A stretch of DNA of 64,000 nucleotides, from positions 5,332,001-5,396,000 of the forward strand of contig NC_087437.1 in assembly GCF_036321535.1 (NCBI RefSeq). Direction: 5' to 3'. The DNA comes from Camelus dromedarius (lineage: Eukaryota). Of the stretch, positions 52,575-64,000 are shown piece by piece. The position numbers and the translations under genes were made by a program. Positions within the stretch are counted from its first letter, which is position 1. Every line of letters begins with the position of its first letter. The notes below the pieces were generated by a model. The model had not been told where the DNA came from and made no database searches. It worked only from the letters and a program-made list of their open reading frames with translations.

Positions 52575-52925
52575 GATCGAGTTAGAGGATGGATGTGTTC
52601 CGCATCTCTGCTGTCCAGTACAGTAGCCACGTGAGAGTAGTGGCTACTGACCGCCTAAAATGTGGCCAGGGTTAGTGAGGAATGGAACGTTTCATTTTCT
52701 TTCATTTTAATTAATTTTAATTTTAATCGCTACACATGGCTAGCAGTGCCCCCACAGAAAAGCACAGCTTAACTCTGTTCCCACTGAACCGTGCACGCAC
52801 ACCACCTGGGACGCTCGCTGCTCCTGAGAAGACGCTGAGCCAGCAGGTCTGGGCAGGGCCCGGGAACCTGCATTACTGAGTTCCCTCCTCCCGGCCAGGC
52901 GATGCTGTTGCTGCTGGTGCACGGA
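52575..52925. mobile_element. MER3-like fossil followed by a MER5A-like fossil
   Basis: ctgtccagtacagtagccac...aaatgtggcc...ttaattttaa; then ggtctgggcagggcccgggaacctgcatt. Confidence 0.6.
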
Positions 52926-53227
52926 CCAGCAGGAAGCCTCCATCAGCTTCAGGAACCACCAGTGTGACCCAGAAGCTCTGTGGGTCACTCAAAATCTCCT
53001 GAGTACAACTGCAGCAGCATCCCACACATGTGAGAAAGCAAGACACACGAAACACGAAATTTAAAAGATGTGAGACAGATGAACTAAGCAATACTTCAAA
53101 AGTCTAATCACAGGAGGTTCAAATTATTATTAATAATTAATATTTCAAGGTGTCATATACACTCAAAATGAGATTCACTGTTAATAACCGTGGAAGTAAA
53201 TCCACATTTCAAAATGTCTTCTTAGAA

Positions 53228-53378
53228 CTCCTTTTTTTTTTTAAGTTTTTTTTTTAATGGCGGGGGAGGTAATTAGATTTATTTATTTATTTTTTTAATG
53301 ACAGTATCGGGAATTGAACCCAGGACCTCGTGTACACTAGGCATGCACTCTACCACTGAGCTATATATACTGTCCCCC
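53228..53378 (-). mobile_element. Vic-1-like SINE
   Basis: Exact 16-bp TSD ttcaaaatgtcttctt at 53208-53223 and 53379-53394. Confidence 0.92.
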
Positions 53379-53507
53379 TTCAAAATGTCTTCTTGATGAG
53401 TCAAAAATTTCTTTGGCCATCTTCTGTCAGATCTGAATAGGTAGGCATCAGTTTTTTTTTATCTTACTCTTACACACAGTGAGAGAAGGGTCAGTGTAGC
53501 CATTTCC

Positions 53508-53514
53508 GTGTGTG

Positions 53515-53549
<35 letters not shown>
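53508..53549. repeat. (GT)n microsatellite
   Basis: About 21 GT units with one interruption. Confidence 0.95.
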
Positions 53550-54039
53550 AAGGGGTGGGGGGAGAGGACTGGGAGCGGGGCGGGTTTCATGTCTACATCA
53601 CCAGTATTCCATATTCTCCTCAATCTGCAATCACTTTACAGGAATTTTTTAAGCCATGTGTGTATTTCATGATGGCTAACTTAGTAAAAACTATAAAAAA
53701 CGGTCCACAAATCCACTTCCCTGAGTTCTCAATTGAAAGTGCTCCTATGAACTCAGCCTTCCTCAGGACCCCTCCTGGACAGGGGACCTCTGACGTCTGC
53801 ACCCAGCCAGGGCACCAGCTTCAATCTGGATGCTAAATATTAGCGATGCATACTTTCTCTCCTCATTTTCCAATATAAATTAACACACATAGAAGCCTCA
53901 GTTCTCTTCCAACATGGGTATGTCTCTCCCACTTTGACAACCACTGGTCCCGATAGTACCTAGAATTTTCAGAATAATCACAAAGCTCTAAAATAAAAAA
54001 CTGACTTCCAAAAGTAATACTGAACTCTATGTTCTAAAA

Positions 54040-54428
54040 ATTCACGGTAGAAATTCTTCTCAGAGTAATATGTAAATGAAACTACAATTTCAACAGGGTT
54101 TACTGGGAACTGGAGAAAATGACTTTCAACTATACTTGGAAAAATCAATATGCACAAGTCACCAAGATCCCTAAAAAGAAGAAGAAGGCCTGACTGGATA
54201 CTAACACGCACCACAAATTCATTGCCGTCAAAATAGAATGTAATCTAGCACAAAAATCAATAAATAGATCAAAGGAACAACAAAGAATGGGGAATAAATT
54301 GGGGTATATACAGAAATCCAACCTATGATAAAGATGGCATTCCACTCTGCGGCAAAGTTGGGTTAATACAATAAATGCCTGTTGACAAAAGTAGAAGAAG
54401 ATACAGTTAGACCCCTATCTCACACCCT
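54040..54428 (+). mobile_element. Old L1 ORF2 fragment
   Basis: aaatagatcaaaggaac...tatgataaagatggcatt...ttagacccctatctcacacc. Confidence 0.6.
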
Positions 54429-54438
54429 AATTCTAATC

Positions 54439-54655
54439 CAGGGGTTCTCAACTAGGGGCGGTTTTGCCCGTTGGGGCATTTGGTAACATCTGGAAACGTT
54501 TTTTTTTTTTGCCATAACTGAAAGGGTGGGGAGGAGGGGTGCTTGCTACTGGCATCCCATGGGCAGAGGCCAGAGATGCTGGCGAACACTGTATGATCCA
54601 CAGGACAGTCCCTGGCCCAAAATGTCAATAGAAACTATGGAGGTTGAGAAATCAA
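54439..54655. mobile_element. MER20-like hAT-Charlie fossil
   Basis: caggggttctcaac...gctactggcatc...agaggccagagatgctg...ggcccaaaatgtcaatag...gaggttgagaaa. Confidence 0.8.
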
Positions 54656-56381
54656 CCCAAACCCTAACCCTAATGGTTAACAAATCAACAGTGGTAGAAG
54701 TGGACGGATCCTGACGGGAATACGGGCTCCTCTGGCCACCAGAAGGGTAGCTCTGGAGAAGCCACCACCAGCCTGAGTCCTGCAGTCCTCATCTTGGCTT
54801 TCACAAATCAAAGACCAAGGACTCTGGCCACAGCAGTAAATCAATGGTAGCCATTACAGCCAGCAATGTAAATGAGAAATCACATCGAGAAGTGCCTGCA
54901 AACCTATCAATGTTCTTCATGAGAAAAGTGGGCTTTTTGGTCCCTTTCTGTTAAAATCAAGGTTACCTGACAGAGCAATTTCAGGGGCTTCAACTACAGA
55001 AGTTGACAATGAAAATTTTAACATGTTGCATACGTTTTAAATCACCCTAGAGCAGAGACTGCTTCTCTGTCTCTCTAATACAGGCAATACCTTAGAAGAC
55101 ACAGACACCTAATAAGTACATTTTGATTTTGTTTTCAGGGAACAGAGGGACATACCACACTGATGGCCTTAGAAGCATCATTTGCATGGACCCCTTTAGG
55201 GGAGAAACTGACAAGACCCAGCCAGCCTGCTGAGTGGAGCCAACTGGGGGCTCCAGAGGATGAGCAGTGCAGCCCTATGTCCTGAAACCAGTTTGGGGAT
55301 AACCAAGCCTCTGGTCCCATAGCCTGGCTACGGGGACCGGGATACTGCAAAGCCCAGAGGATGCTGGGAATTCTCTGAGCCTGCTTCCATAAGGTCCGGG
55401 GCCTGTGAGCTGGAAGACGGTACAGAAGTCCCACCCCCACCACACCCTCCCACTCCCCGCCCCACACGTCAGTACTGAGACGTTGCTAACAACTTTTTCA
55501 GTCTAATTTTCCCAGGATATAAAATGGGAAGCAGGGATAACGGAAGGTGATAGTACTTCTTAGCTACAGAATAGAGTCAGTCTAAAACCTCTGCTGAACG
55601 CATCATGTTTTCAACCAACATTAGCCGCCAGAAAACAACCATCATGAGGATGTAGTGAGAATAAATGATCACACTTAACACATCCAGGAATGAAGCAAAA
55701 GAGCTCTCAGCCCCTCAGAAACAGGTGTCATGTGAATACGAGTTCCTAATTTGGTTTTTAAAGTTTTTGTGGCCATTTTAAAGTTCCAGTGCATGGTCCC
55801 TGAACAGGAAGCCAATGAAATACTGTATTCCACGACATCCTATTACAGCAGTTACCTCTTTGTGAAATGGGCCCGTCTTTTAATCATTAAAAAAAAATTA
55901 TAGAAAGCAGCAAGATGGATTACAGAGACAGTCATTCTTTCAAAATCTCAAGAAGACTGCAATCACTCATCATGGACGTCTATGGATCTAGAAGTTATTT
56001 CTCACCTGCGACTGCATTCAAAGCGAAAAATGCAAAACTGAATTAGTACTAGTCTCTCCCAGACCCCAACACTGGTAATGCCCTTAATCTCTTGCTTAGC
56101 TTGAGAAACAGACACCATCTAAGTTACCTCTGATGAATAAAGAAGAGGGACAGGAAAGACTTTGCCACGAATACCTGAAGACAATCAGAGGTCCTAAATT
56201 TAATCTGGGATAGGCACATAAATATGAAAATCTAACACGCAGAAACTGCAACTAAATTACCTGCATGGCTCTCAAAATAATAAGTGTCCTTGGAGTACCT
56301 CCGCAATGCCAGAGAATAAACCTTCCTGGAGAGCCCATTTTAATTAAAAAAAAATTGTGTGGACGTCTGGGAGGAGAGGGC

Positions 56382-56435
56382 TTTTATTTTATTTTATTTT
56401 ATTTTATTTTATTTTATTTTATTTTATTTTATTTT
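56382..56435. repeat. (TTTTA)n microsatellite
   Basis: About 10 perfect pentamer units. Confidence 0.95.
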
Positions 56436-57789
56436 AAAACACATACAGACATTTCACGGTACTGTAGTATTTGCATAGGTTTCAAGATCAACAGGAAACT
56501 TCAAAGAAATTCAGTATTTGTGCTTCTGTGTTTTGGGTACCTGCTCGCTGCTCTCTGTCATTCCAAATGACTTCCAAGAAAGATTGGAAATCACTTGTAT
56601 GCTAATTCTCTCTCTCAGAGGAGACAAAAAATAAATAAAATATAAAATGTGGCAGAAAGACACAGGCAATCAAGCACCATGATAAAACAGGGGAGGGAAA
56701 GGAGCCTGCCCGCGAACGCTGCTCTCTCCACTGGGATAAAGGCCGACACTTGGAGACAGAGTAAGCATGGGGAGGCGAGCCATTTAGGGGTGTGGATTGG
56801 AAAAAGCTCTCTCTCCCCAAGAGAAGGTGGCTTTGCGCTGGCATATTAGATTGGAAGGTGCAAACACAATAATTAACAGTGAATCCTGAAACCAGCACGC
56901 CAGAGAAGGGTGTCACTCCAGAGTGAGATGGGGAGACAGGAGGAATTCATTAAGGTCGTCTTCGGTGAGGCTGCACAGCTCTGCCAGGAGCAAGGTGGCA
57001 GCCCCGGAGAGCTAATCAAGTCCTCCCAACACCTCGGGAAGCCTGAGAAAACTGAGGGGGGACGAAACCACGCCAGCCAGCAGAAAGAGGGGCCCTTCGA
57101 CATCTGGACCCCACATAATGACCTTCGTGCTCAACAACTACCGTCTTCTTCCCCCTCTGATTGAAGAAAAGGACTGAATCCCCCTTCCTCACGTTCTGCT
57201 CTCTGGGACTGCACCAGCTGCTGCGGTTTCTCCCCGCCAGTAACACGTGTCAATCACCGCTAAGCCCGGCGTTGCTTCTCTTCCCCACGTGCGATTCCAA
57301 CAATCAGACGCTCCAGGCCGAACCCCAGCCTCGCATGCGAGCGTTTTCTAGGGCACACCCCAGAAGGCGCCACCACCCCCTGTGCATTCCATTTAATTGT
57401 GAAACCTCTTTTGAGAAGCCCCATCGTTGTCCCAAGAGTCAAAGTAATTGGTGGAAATTAGACAGGAAGAGACACAAGGCCACTTAAAGGGGCCGCTTTC
57501 AACTATAATTTTTAAAAGAATTTTCTCTTTCAGTTCCCGTGTAATTTCACACTTTCCCAATTTTGCCCTTTTCAAATGCCAAAGAAAATGTTCATTTTAT
57601 CTTGCAGGCTATTAAACAAAAAAAAAAGGCAACGTAATGAATGCATTTGTAGTCCACTTAAGGTCCACAAAGACTTCCCTTCCTTTGAAGGCCATCATTT
57701 GGATGTTTTTTAAAAAGAAAAGAGCGAAAAATAACATACATATACCCTTGTGGAAAACCACTGCTATTTGGGCAAAGAACGGATCTTCT

Positions 57790-57827
57790 GCGTGTGTGCT
57801 TGTGTGTGTGTGTGTGTGTGTGTGTGT
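57790..57827. repeat. (TG)n microsatellite
   Basis: Seen directly in the sequence. Confidence 0.9.
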
Positions 57828-58743
57828 ATTTTTCCATTACTCGGGGTTTGTGTTGTGTGGCTGCATTAACAAGATGCACTTTGGGTACTGGTTAAATACG
57901 TACACCAGAGACAGACCCATCTTGCAATGAATTTATGGTCATTTAGTGAAAGATGGTACTGAAATTCCAGGGCATGGTTTTATTCTACTCCAATCAGGAA
58001 AGTTCTATTGAGCAACACCTAGTCAGCACCTGGCACTCTGAGCAAGTAATGGGAACCCAAAGATGAAAGAAGATTTAGCAAAGGGGAGAGGGAGGAGGGC
58101 AGACAACTGAAAAACAGTAACAGTAGAGTCAGAAATCTGGTGGTGGCTGTGAGTGAGGAGAACAGGCAGGTCAGAGGAGGGACGATGAAGTCCACTGAAG
58201 CACGCATCACTCAGAAATCTTAAAAGACTGCATGATGGCAGCCAGTGGGGTGAGTCAGGGATACACCCCATTATTTTGAAAAAGTGTGGCAACGCTTAAA
58301 AAAGAGCTTTCACATACAAATCCAAACTCTGGCTTTTCTTGAAAAAAGTACAAGATCTGGCAACACTTGGCAACAATGGGGCAGAGCCAAGCATCGGCTG
58401 TCCAATACCCAAGGGCCCCCACTCAAGGAGCCTGGCCCCTTTAGGCATCTGCGTTTGCAAGTCTTGCCCTAGAAAAAAAGGCAGAGTCTTCAAGATTTCA
58501 GATTCCCACCCCAAGAGGGACACGAGGGTAAAGCTGAACACTTGCTGAGATTTGCTTTCCTGGAAATAAAACAGGAAAAAAAAAAAGCCACAAGACTTGG
58601 CCCCCTCTGTATCACGTGACACTGAGTGGCCGGAGTGAGTGGGAGGGCAGCTTGCTGGTGCGGTCGGAGAGGAAGAGCTTCTCAGGTGCCAAGCATAGCG
58701 TCAGTTTGGAACAGAGCAACTCACTGCTGCTGTTCATCTCCTC

Positions 58744-59099
58744 TGGAGGCGGGTGCTGTCGTGCTCCACCCAGGCCCCCCATCCCCCCTCCTGGTTCTGT
58801 GCACCCCCATCCAACCCCACTTCTTTGGCTTTTGGAGCTGCTCTGCCTGGATGCTTCCCAGACCTGGAAGTGTCCAGTGCAGCTCATGGCCAACCACCCC
58901 CAGATGCAGGAGTATGGGAACCAGTTCCCCCGCCTCAAGGTAGACTCACTGCTCCCCAAAGGCTCGGCACCCTGTTGGCCTCCCTCCTTCCCTGCCCACG
59001 TCCCCACTCCTAACTGATTCCTCTGGGAGCACTTCCTTAATCACTTGCACGTGAAGCCTCCTCTAGGGGGTCTGCTCGTGGGAAAATCCCACCCAGACA
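58744..59099 (+). mobile_element. LTR16-like ERVL solo LTR
   Basis: 3' end ctgggagcacttccttaatcacttgcacgtgaagcc...gggtctgctcgtgggaa...cagaca resembles recalled LTR16. Confidence 0.65.
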
Positions 59100-61904
59100 C
59101 ACCCCCTGCCCCTCCCCACCCCACCCCCCGCCTCTTCCAGTAACTCTTTCCAGACACTCGGAGTCCAAAGCTCGTTCAGACGTCGATTCTTCCCTTCCTC
59201 CAGGCAGTCCCCTTCCACATAAACATTAAATCCAATATTTCCTCCTAGGGGACCCATACCCTCCCCTTCTTACTACAAGCGACTTTAGCTACCTGTCATC
59301 TCCCCCCATGATGGATGCCATGTTCCCTCAGATTCTGCTTCCTTCCCTTCTGAGGCTTCCCCTCTGAGACTTCTGAAAACTCAGCACTTCTAATGGCTGT
59401 TGCTCTAAAACAAAACAAAAATATTGCAGTGTTTCCCCACCGACTCCAGGATGAAGTTCAAACTCCCAGCCATTAGGGGCCATCAGACCCAGCCGCCAAG
59501 CTTCTCTTGCTTTTTCTCCCATTTCCCTCTGGACCTCGTCCTTCAGCCACCCCACATCCTCATGGTCTCCTCTTTCAGGCTCCAATACCCCTTCCTGCGA
59601 AGCCCTTCCCACCACTGGTGCCCCCGTTCAAATCCACCCATCATCCCAGACCCAGAGCATGCTTTTCTAAAGCCCCACCATTCACAAATTCCTGGTGAGA
59701 AGTAAAAACTGAGACCCACAGGTTTAGCTTTGCATATATACTTGACATCCCCCTAGCAGAGAAGTTTCTTGAGATCTGGGAGCTCTTCGGAGTTATCTTT
59801 GCACATCTATCTTAGAAAAATCTCGCTGAAAGCGAGGAAACGTTTACCACTTGAAACGGCCCCAGTTATTCTCCTCCACAGGCAGATGTGCTCCGGAATG
59901 GCTGTGAGATGGGGGGTGGGGATTCTGTTCCCTCGGTCTCAGTTCCCACAAAAGCCTCTCTAGGCGCGAACATCTCACCCCCTAGATATGATTCTAATGA
60001 ACACTCACGACAAACCCGAATCAACTTATTCCCCACGGGGCTCACTGTTGGAAACACCAATCCGATCTAGTCCTGAAGGAAAACCTGCTTTGTCGGGTAG
60101 AGAGATGTTAAAGGATTACATTTCATGGGCAATTAAAGAGATTGTCCAGGGCAGCTTTGATTATATGCGTTTTTCACCTTCCACAAGGGTTTCAGAATCC
60201 CACCCCCAGCATTAGCTGCAGCGCCCCTGGGTGCCCCACTCCCTGACCCTAAGCCAAAAGGCACCTGATGAATGTCACCAGAGGGCACAGATGTCCCAGT
60301 TCCCTGTACCATATAAGGCATTATTCCAGGAGACCTGGACCCAAATGGCTTCAACCCATTAGTGATGGAAAAAACACATCAGTGACACCCTGAACTCGCT
60401 CTGCGTGTGGACAACGGCAGTCCAACAGCTGAAAAATGGAGCGGCACACACATTCCTGTACTTATGTCTACAACCATAAAACGACCTAGAATTAAAGCCA
60501 CGCTCCTGAAACATCAGAGTGACATTTTAATAACTTCTCTTAGCCATCAAGTTTTAAGATCTTTGGCAACGTGTTCTAAGGAAAACTGCCCGGAAAAAAA
60601 AATGGACAACTTAACTGTACTTAGAAATCAGCATGAATGAAACTATACAGTCTGTTAAAAATCGCTCAGTCTTCCAAAGAGCCGGCTAAGGAAGGAGGGA
60701 CAGACGCTCTTTTCACTTATTCACCTCGTTTGCCTCACAAATCTATAATCTATCATAATCTGTAAGTTTCTGTGGGGCTCTTCCAATGAGGTCTACTCAG
60801 CAAATACTAACCAGGCACTTACGTCTCCTTTGAGAGCAGATCGCTTCATTTACCAGCATCCATAGCTGTCAGAACTTTGGCAGACTTTGTGAAAAACATC
60901 ATTAACTGCCTGTATTAAAAATTAATCACCCAGGATTTCCTTTGTTTCCTTTTTTACTACTTTAACTCCTGCCTGATACAGAAAGGGTTCTGCTGGGTTT
61001 CATTTGTTTATTTTTCAGAGCATGGGGGTCTCTTCCTCAGGATGTAAAAACATACAGTTAACTGCACTTGCTAGGAGAGAAAATGCCTGCACTCTAAAAT
61101 TAACTCTGCTTCCCCGCCCCGCCCCTCCCCACAACTGCTCCCACCCAATACTAAGGGGTGATGGAAGGAGGGGACGTTCTTTTGGTCATTTTTTGCTGTG
61201 AGAATGGCAAGTTTCCATTCTCATCACCCTACCTGGCAAATTCCCGAGCTTTCGCAATGAGGGGCACTTTGAAAGGCCTGTCGCCAAGTTACCCCAGCAA
61301 CTCTTCCTCTGTCTCTGCTTATTAAAGAGCCGGGATCCTCATTAAAGTCATGGTGGTCCGGACCCTCTGGAAGAGAGTGAACTCAAACCCAAGGAGAAGG
61401 CCATCTTCTCTTTCTTGGAAATCTTTCTGGATACCTGCGCCTCCTTTTTCTTCATAGCGTGACCCCTTTTCTCTCCTGGAAGGTAAGCTCATTCACTCAG
61501 GGCCTGTCCTCGTGGGAGGGAAGAACCCTTACTGAGCACCCCAGCTCCATCGCTGGCTTGCAATAAACTGTTCCCCAAAGCGGGGTCTTCGTTGCTCACT
61601 CCCAAAGAGAAGCCCACCTCATCCAATCAGACTGAAGTTTAGAGCTGGTTTAGGTCTTGCAAGTCATTTAGTACAGATCCCTCACGGTACCAGCTAGAAA
61701 ACGAAGGCCCAGAAAAACCTACTGATGTGCCCCACACACTCGACCCCTTGCTAGTAGCCGAGTGCAGCACAGAGCACAGGCCCTCCAGCCAGGCACCCTA
61801 TGCGCCTTCCTACTGGTCCTCCAGTCCCTCCCTGGGGGCCAAGTGGTGCCAGTGCGTGCCGGGCTAGGAGCCAGCCAAGAAGCAGTCAGGTCCCTACACC
61901 CTCT

Positions 61905-62048
61905 GCCACTTCAGCATCACCTGAGAGTGTGTTAGAAATGCAGGGTCCCAGGCCCCAGCCCAGACCTGCTGAGTCAGACTCTGCATTTGAACAACACCCC
62001 TGGGAGACTCACAAGAGGCACAACAAAGTTTGAGAAGTGCTGTTCCCT
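61905..62048. mobile_element. MER5A-like fossil
   Basis: cagcatcacctgagagtgtgttagaaatgcag...cccagacctgctgagtcagactctgcattt...aaagtttgagaag. Confidence 0.75.
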
Positions 62049-62504
62049 AGCAGGGGGGGAAAAAAGACATCTTTACATTTAGAATCAAGTACATTTAGGA
62101 GACGTCATGGGAAGTTCTGTGCTAACGTCACCTGTAGTGGAATTATACTGAGGGACGCTCTTGGGACCTGACTGAAGTGGACTTGTCCCCTCTAAACATC
62201 AAGGCCAACAGAATGACTCAAGGAACAGAGACACTGAAGCCCAGTCAGTGAATGCCTTATGGAACCTGGAAGGCACACAGTAAGTTTTCTTTTCTGAAAT
62301 TCTGATTGATTCGAAGACTTCTGAGTGGGGAAATGGTGGAGTACTGACGTTATTATCTCATCTAAAAATCAAACACACCTTCCCCCACTTTTTTGCATAA
62401 AGGGATTGTCCACAGGAATCCTGGGGGCAGGAACCCAGCAGGTGCTTCCCATCAGGGCTAAGATGCAGGTATGGGAGTCAGCCTGCCTGGAAGGATGCTT
62501 GCAG

Positions 62505-62660
62505 CCATGTGTGTTACCTTGATCACTAAGTCCACACCTGGGCCTCAGTTTCCCCATCTTTAAAATGGAAATAAAAACAGGACCTGTTTCACAGGCTGAT
62601 TATGAGGATGCCGTGACACTGACAAAGCCTGGCACACACCAAGCACTCAATAAACGTGAC
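62505..62660 (+). mobile_element. MIR SINE
   Basis: gggcctcagtttccccatctttaaaatggaaataa...gcctggcacac...gcactcaataaa. Confidence 0.75.
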
Positions 62661-63824
62661 CTCTCGTCCTCATGCACATCCTCTGTGTCAGCAGGACCTA
62701 AAACCACCAGGGCTCCCAGGACCATTTCCTCTTATAATTGACCAGATATTGACCCACAGCCACTGGACAGAAAGGAACCAAGACACAGACAAGGCAGACA
62801 TTGAGAAAAGTTTTGCTCTACAAAAACTATGGTAATTCTAGGGGTCTGCAAAGGCGGACACCCCCTTTCCCCTCAAATTCTAACAGGTCTTGATCAGCCG
62901 TGAAGAAATGAAGGACTCTGTGTGCCAGGAGGGAATAGTCCACCTTGGTCACAGCTTCTCACCCCACAGCTGTCCCTCCCGGGCTCACCAGCCAGACGTC
63001 TGTCCAGCTGGCAAAGCCAGAGAGGAGGATGAGCAACTGCCCAACTCCCTCTGTTTAAAACCCAGGACACGCTTTCATTCCTCCCATCATAATTGGGCAA
63101 AAGGCAGATCTGATTTCCTCTGCCAGACTTTGTTTTTATTTTTATGAAAGCAGCAGAATCACAATGTGCCTTCTATCCCACCTTCACTGCTTTTAAAAAA
63201 GCACTGAAAATTAATAGTGCTCCTTTTGCAAAACCAATCTCCACCTCTCTTTCCTTCATCAGACCCAATAAAAATTTAAGTAAGCATTCAAACGGGCAAG
63301 CCTTACTGAAATGAGAATCAAAATCAAGACCAAATCAATTACAGCACTTGATTCAAGAGAATTTTGTTTTTCCTCCCAAGTGACTGACAGAACGTTATGG
63401 TGGGTTCAAAATGTTCAAGTATTTTCTAGAGGATGGGGGAGGACGGTCAGTTTGGATATAGGCTTTAACCAAAATGAATGTATTTTCCGGCCATGCTTTT
63501 CAGATGAATAGTATTATACTTGTACTAGCTGCTTCATTTTGGGAGTACACCTCCTCAACGGAGACATTTTTCCAGCTGAGTGTAGTCCAATGAATTAAAG
63601 GAGGAAAGGGTGTAAAATGAACTCTCTACTTACGCTGTCCGTGTGGACAATAGCAGGACACATGAAACCCTTTGGTTGTCCAACGTCTGGCCTTACCTGT
63701 CAGAGGGCAGAGGCCCTGGGAACAGGTGCAAACTCCAAACACATCCGCCCAACCTCTCCCCTCCCTTCCTCCACTCGACAAACCTCAGGATGCTACCCTA
63801 ACCGCCCGCCCTCGGAGGCCTTAC

Positions 63825-64000
63825 CTGTCGGTCTTCTTGATCAGGATGGCCCTGAAGATGTGCTCGAGGGGTGTCTTCTCCTGCTTGTGGGTTGGCTGCA
63901 CGAAGGGGTGCAGGGCCACCAGCAAGAAGCCCTGCTGGTACAGCTCCAGCAGCTGGGCGGGCAGGTCCCGGAGGGAGGCCAGCCTCACGGCCGAGGACCG
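63825..64000 (-). CDS. RFTN1: RFTN1 coding exon (about exon 3), 5' part outside the window
   Basis: Translates RSSAVRLASLRDLPAQLLELYQQGFLLVALHPFVQPTHKQEKTPLEHIFRAILIKKTD+AG, followed by donor AG|GTAAGG (phase 2). Not listed in the ORF track. Confidence 0.97.

Larger units (their letters stand above)
1..64000 (-). other. RFTN1: Internal portion of the RFTN1 (raftlin) gene; 4 exons plus introns 40366-63824, 10598-40256, 3356-10266 and 1-3151 (partial)
   Basis: Four minus-strand exons with GT-AG boundaries and compatible phases (2, 0, 1, 1) join into one frame matching recalled raftlin sequence. The start and stop codons lie outside the window. Confidence 0.97.

Noticed and set aside
54655..54673. 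Telomere-like CCCTAA repeats
   Set aside because: Only about two units, too short to call an interstitial telomeric sequence.
1..64000. CRISPR arrays, operons, horizontally acquired or viral coding inserts, processed pseudogenes, next RFTN1 exon in 1-3151
   Set aside because: None was recognised by eye. The sequence is consistent with ordinary mammalian intron; a BLASTX/Rfam search would be needed to exclude highly diverged elements.

Overview
Mammalian genomic DNA, most likely a camelid, judged from 12 copies of a tRNA-Ala-derived SINE resembling Vic-1. The whole window lies inside RFTN1 (raftlin, lipid raft linker 1) on the minus strand. Four coding exons are present: 63825-64000 (cut by the window edge), 40257-40365, 10267-10597 and 3152-3355. 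They have canonical GT-AG junctions and splice into one open frame, equivalent to about human exons 3-6 (numbering from memory). The rest is intron filled with SINEs, L1 fragments, MIR/L2, MaLR/ERVL/ERV1 solo LTRs, hAT DNA transposon fossils and microsatellites. Almost all ORFs in the supplied track are spurious. I found no convincing novel biological system. The best leads are modest: (i) a complete MER41-like solo LTR whose STAT site has N4 (STAT6-type) spacing, (ii) a 13-bp exact duplicate of the exon-3 splice donor 128 nt into the intron behind an in-frame stop, (iii) close inverted SINE pairs that could form dsRNA, and (iv) a shortened exon 5. Repeat family names come from recalled consensus sequences, not a database search, and repeat boundaries are approximate unless TSDs are given.
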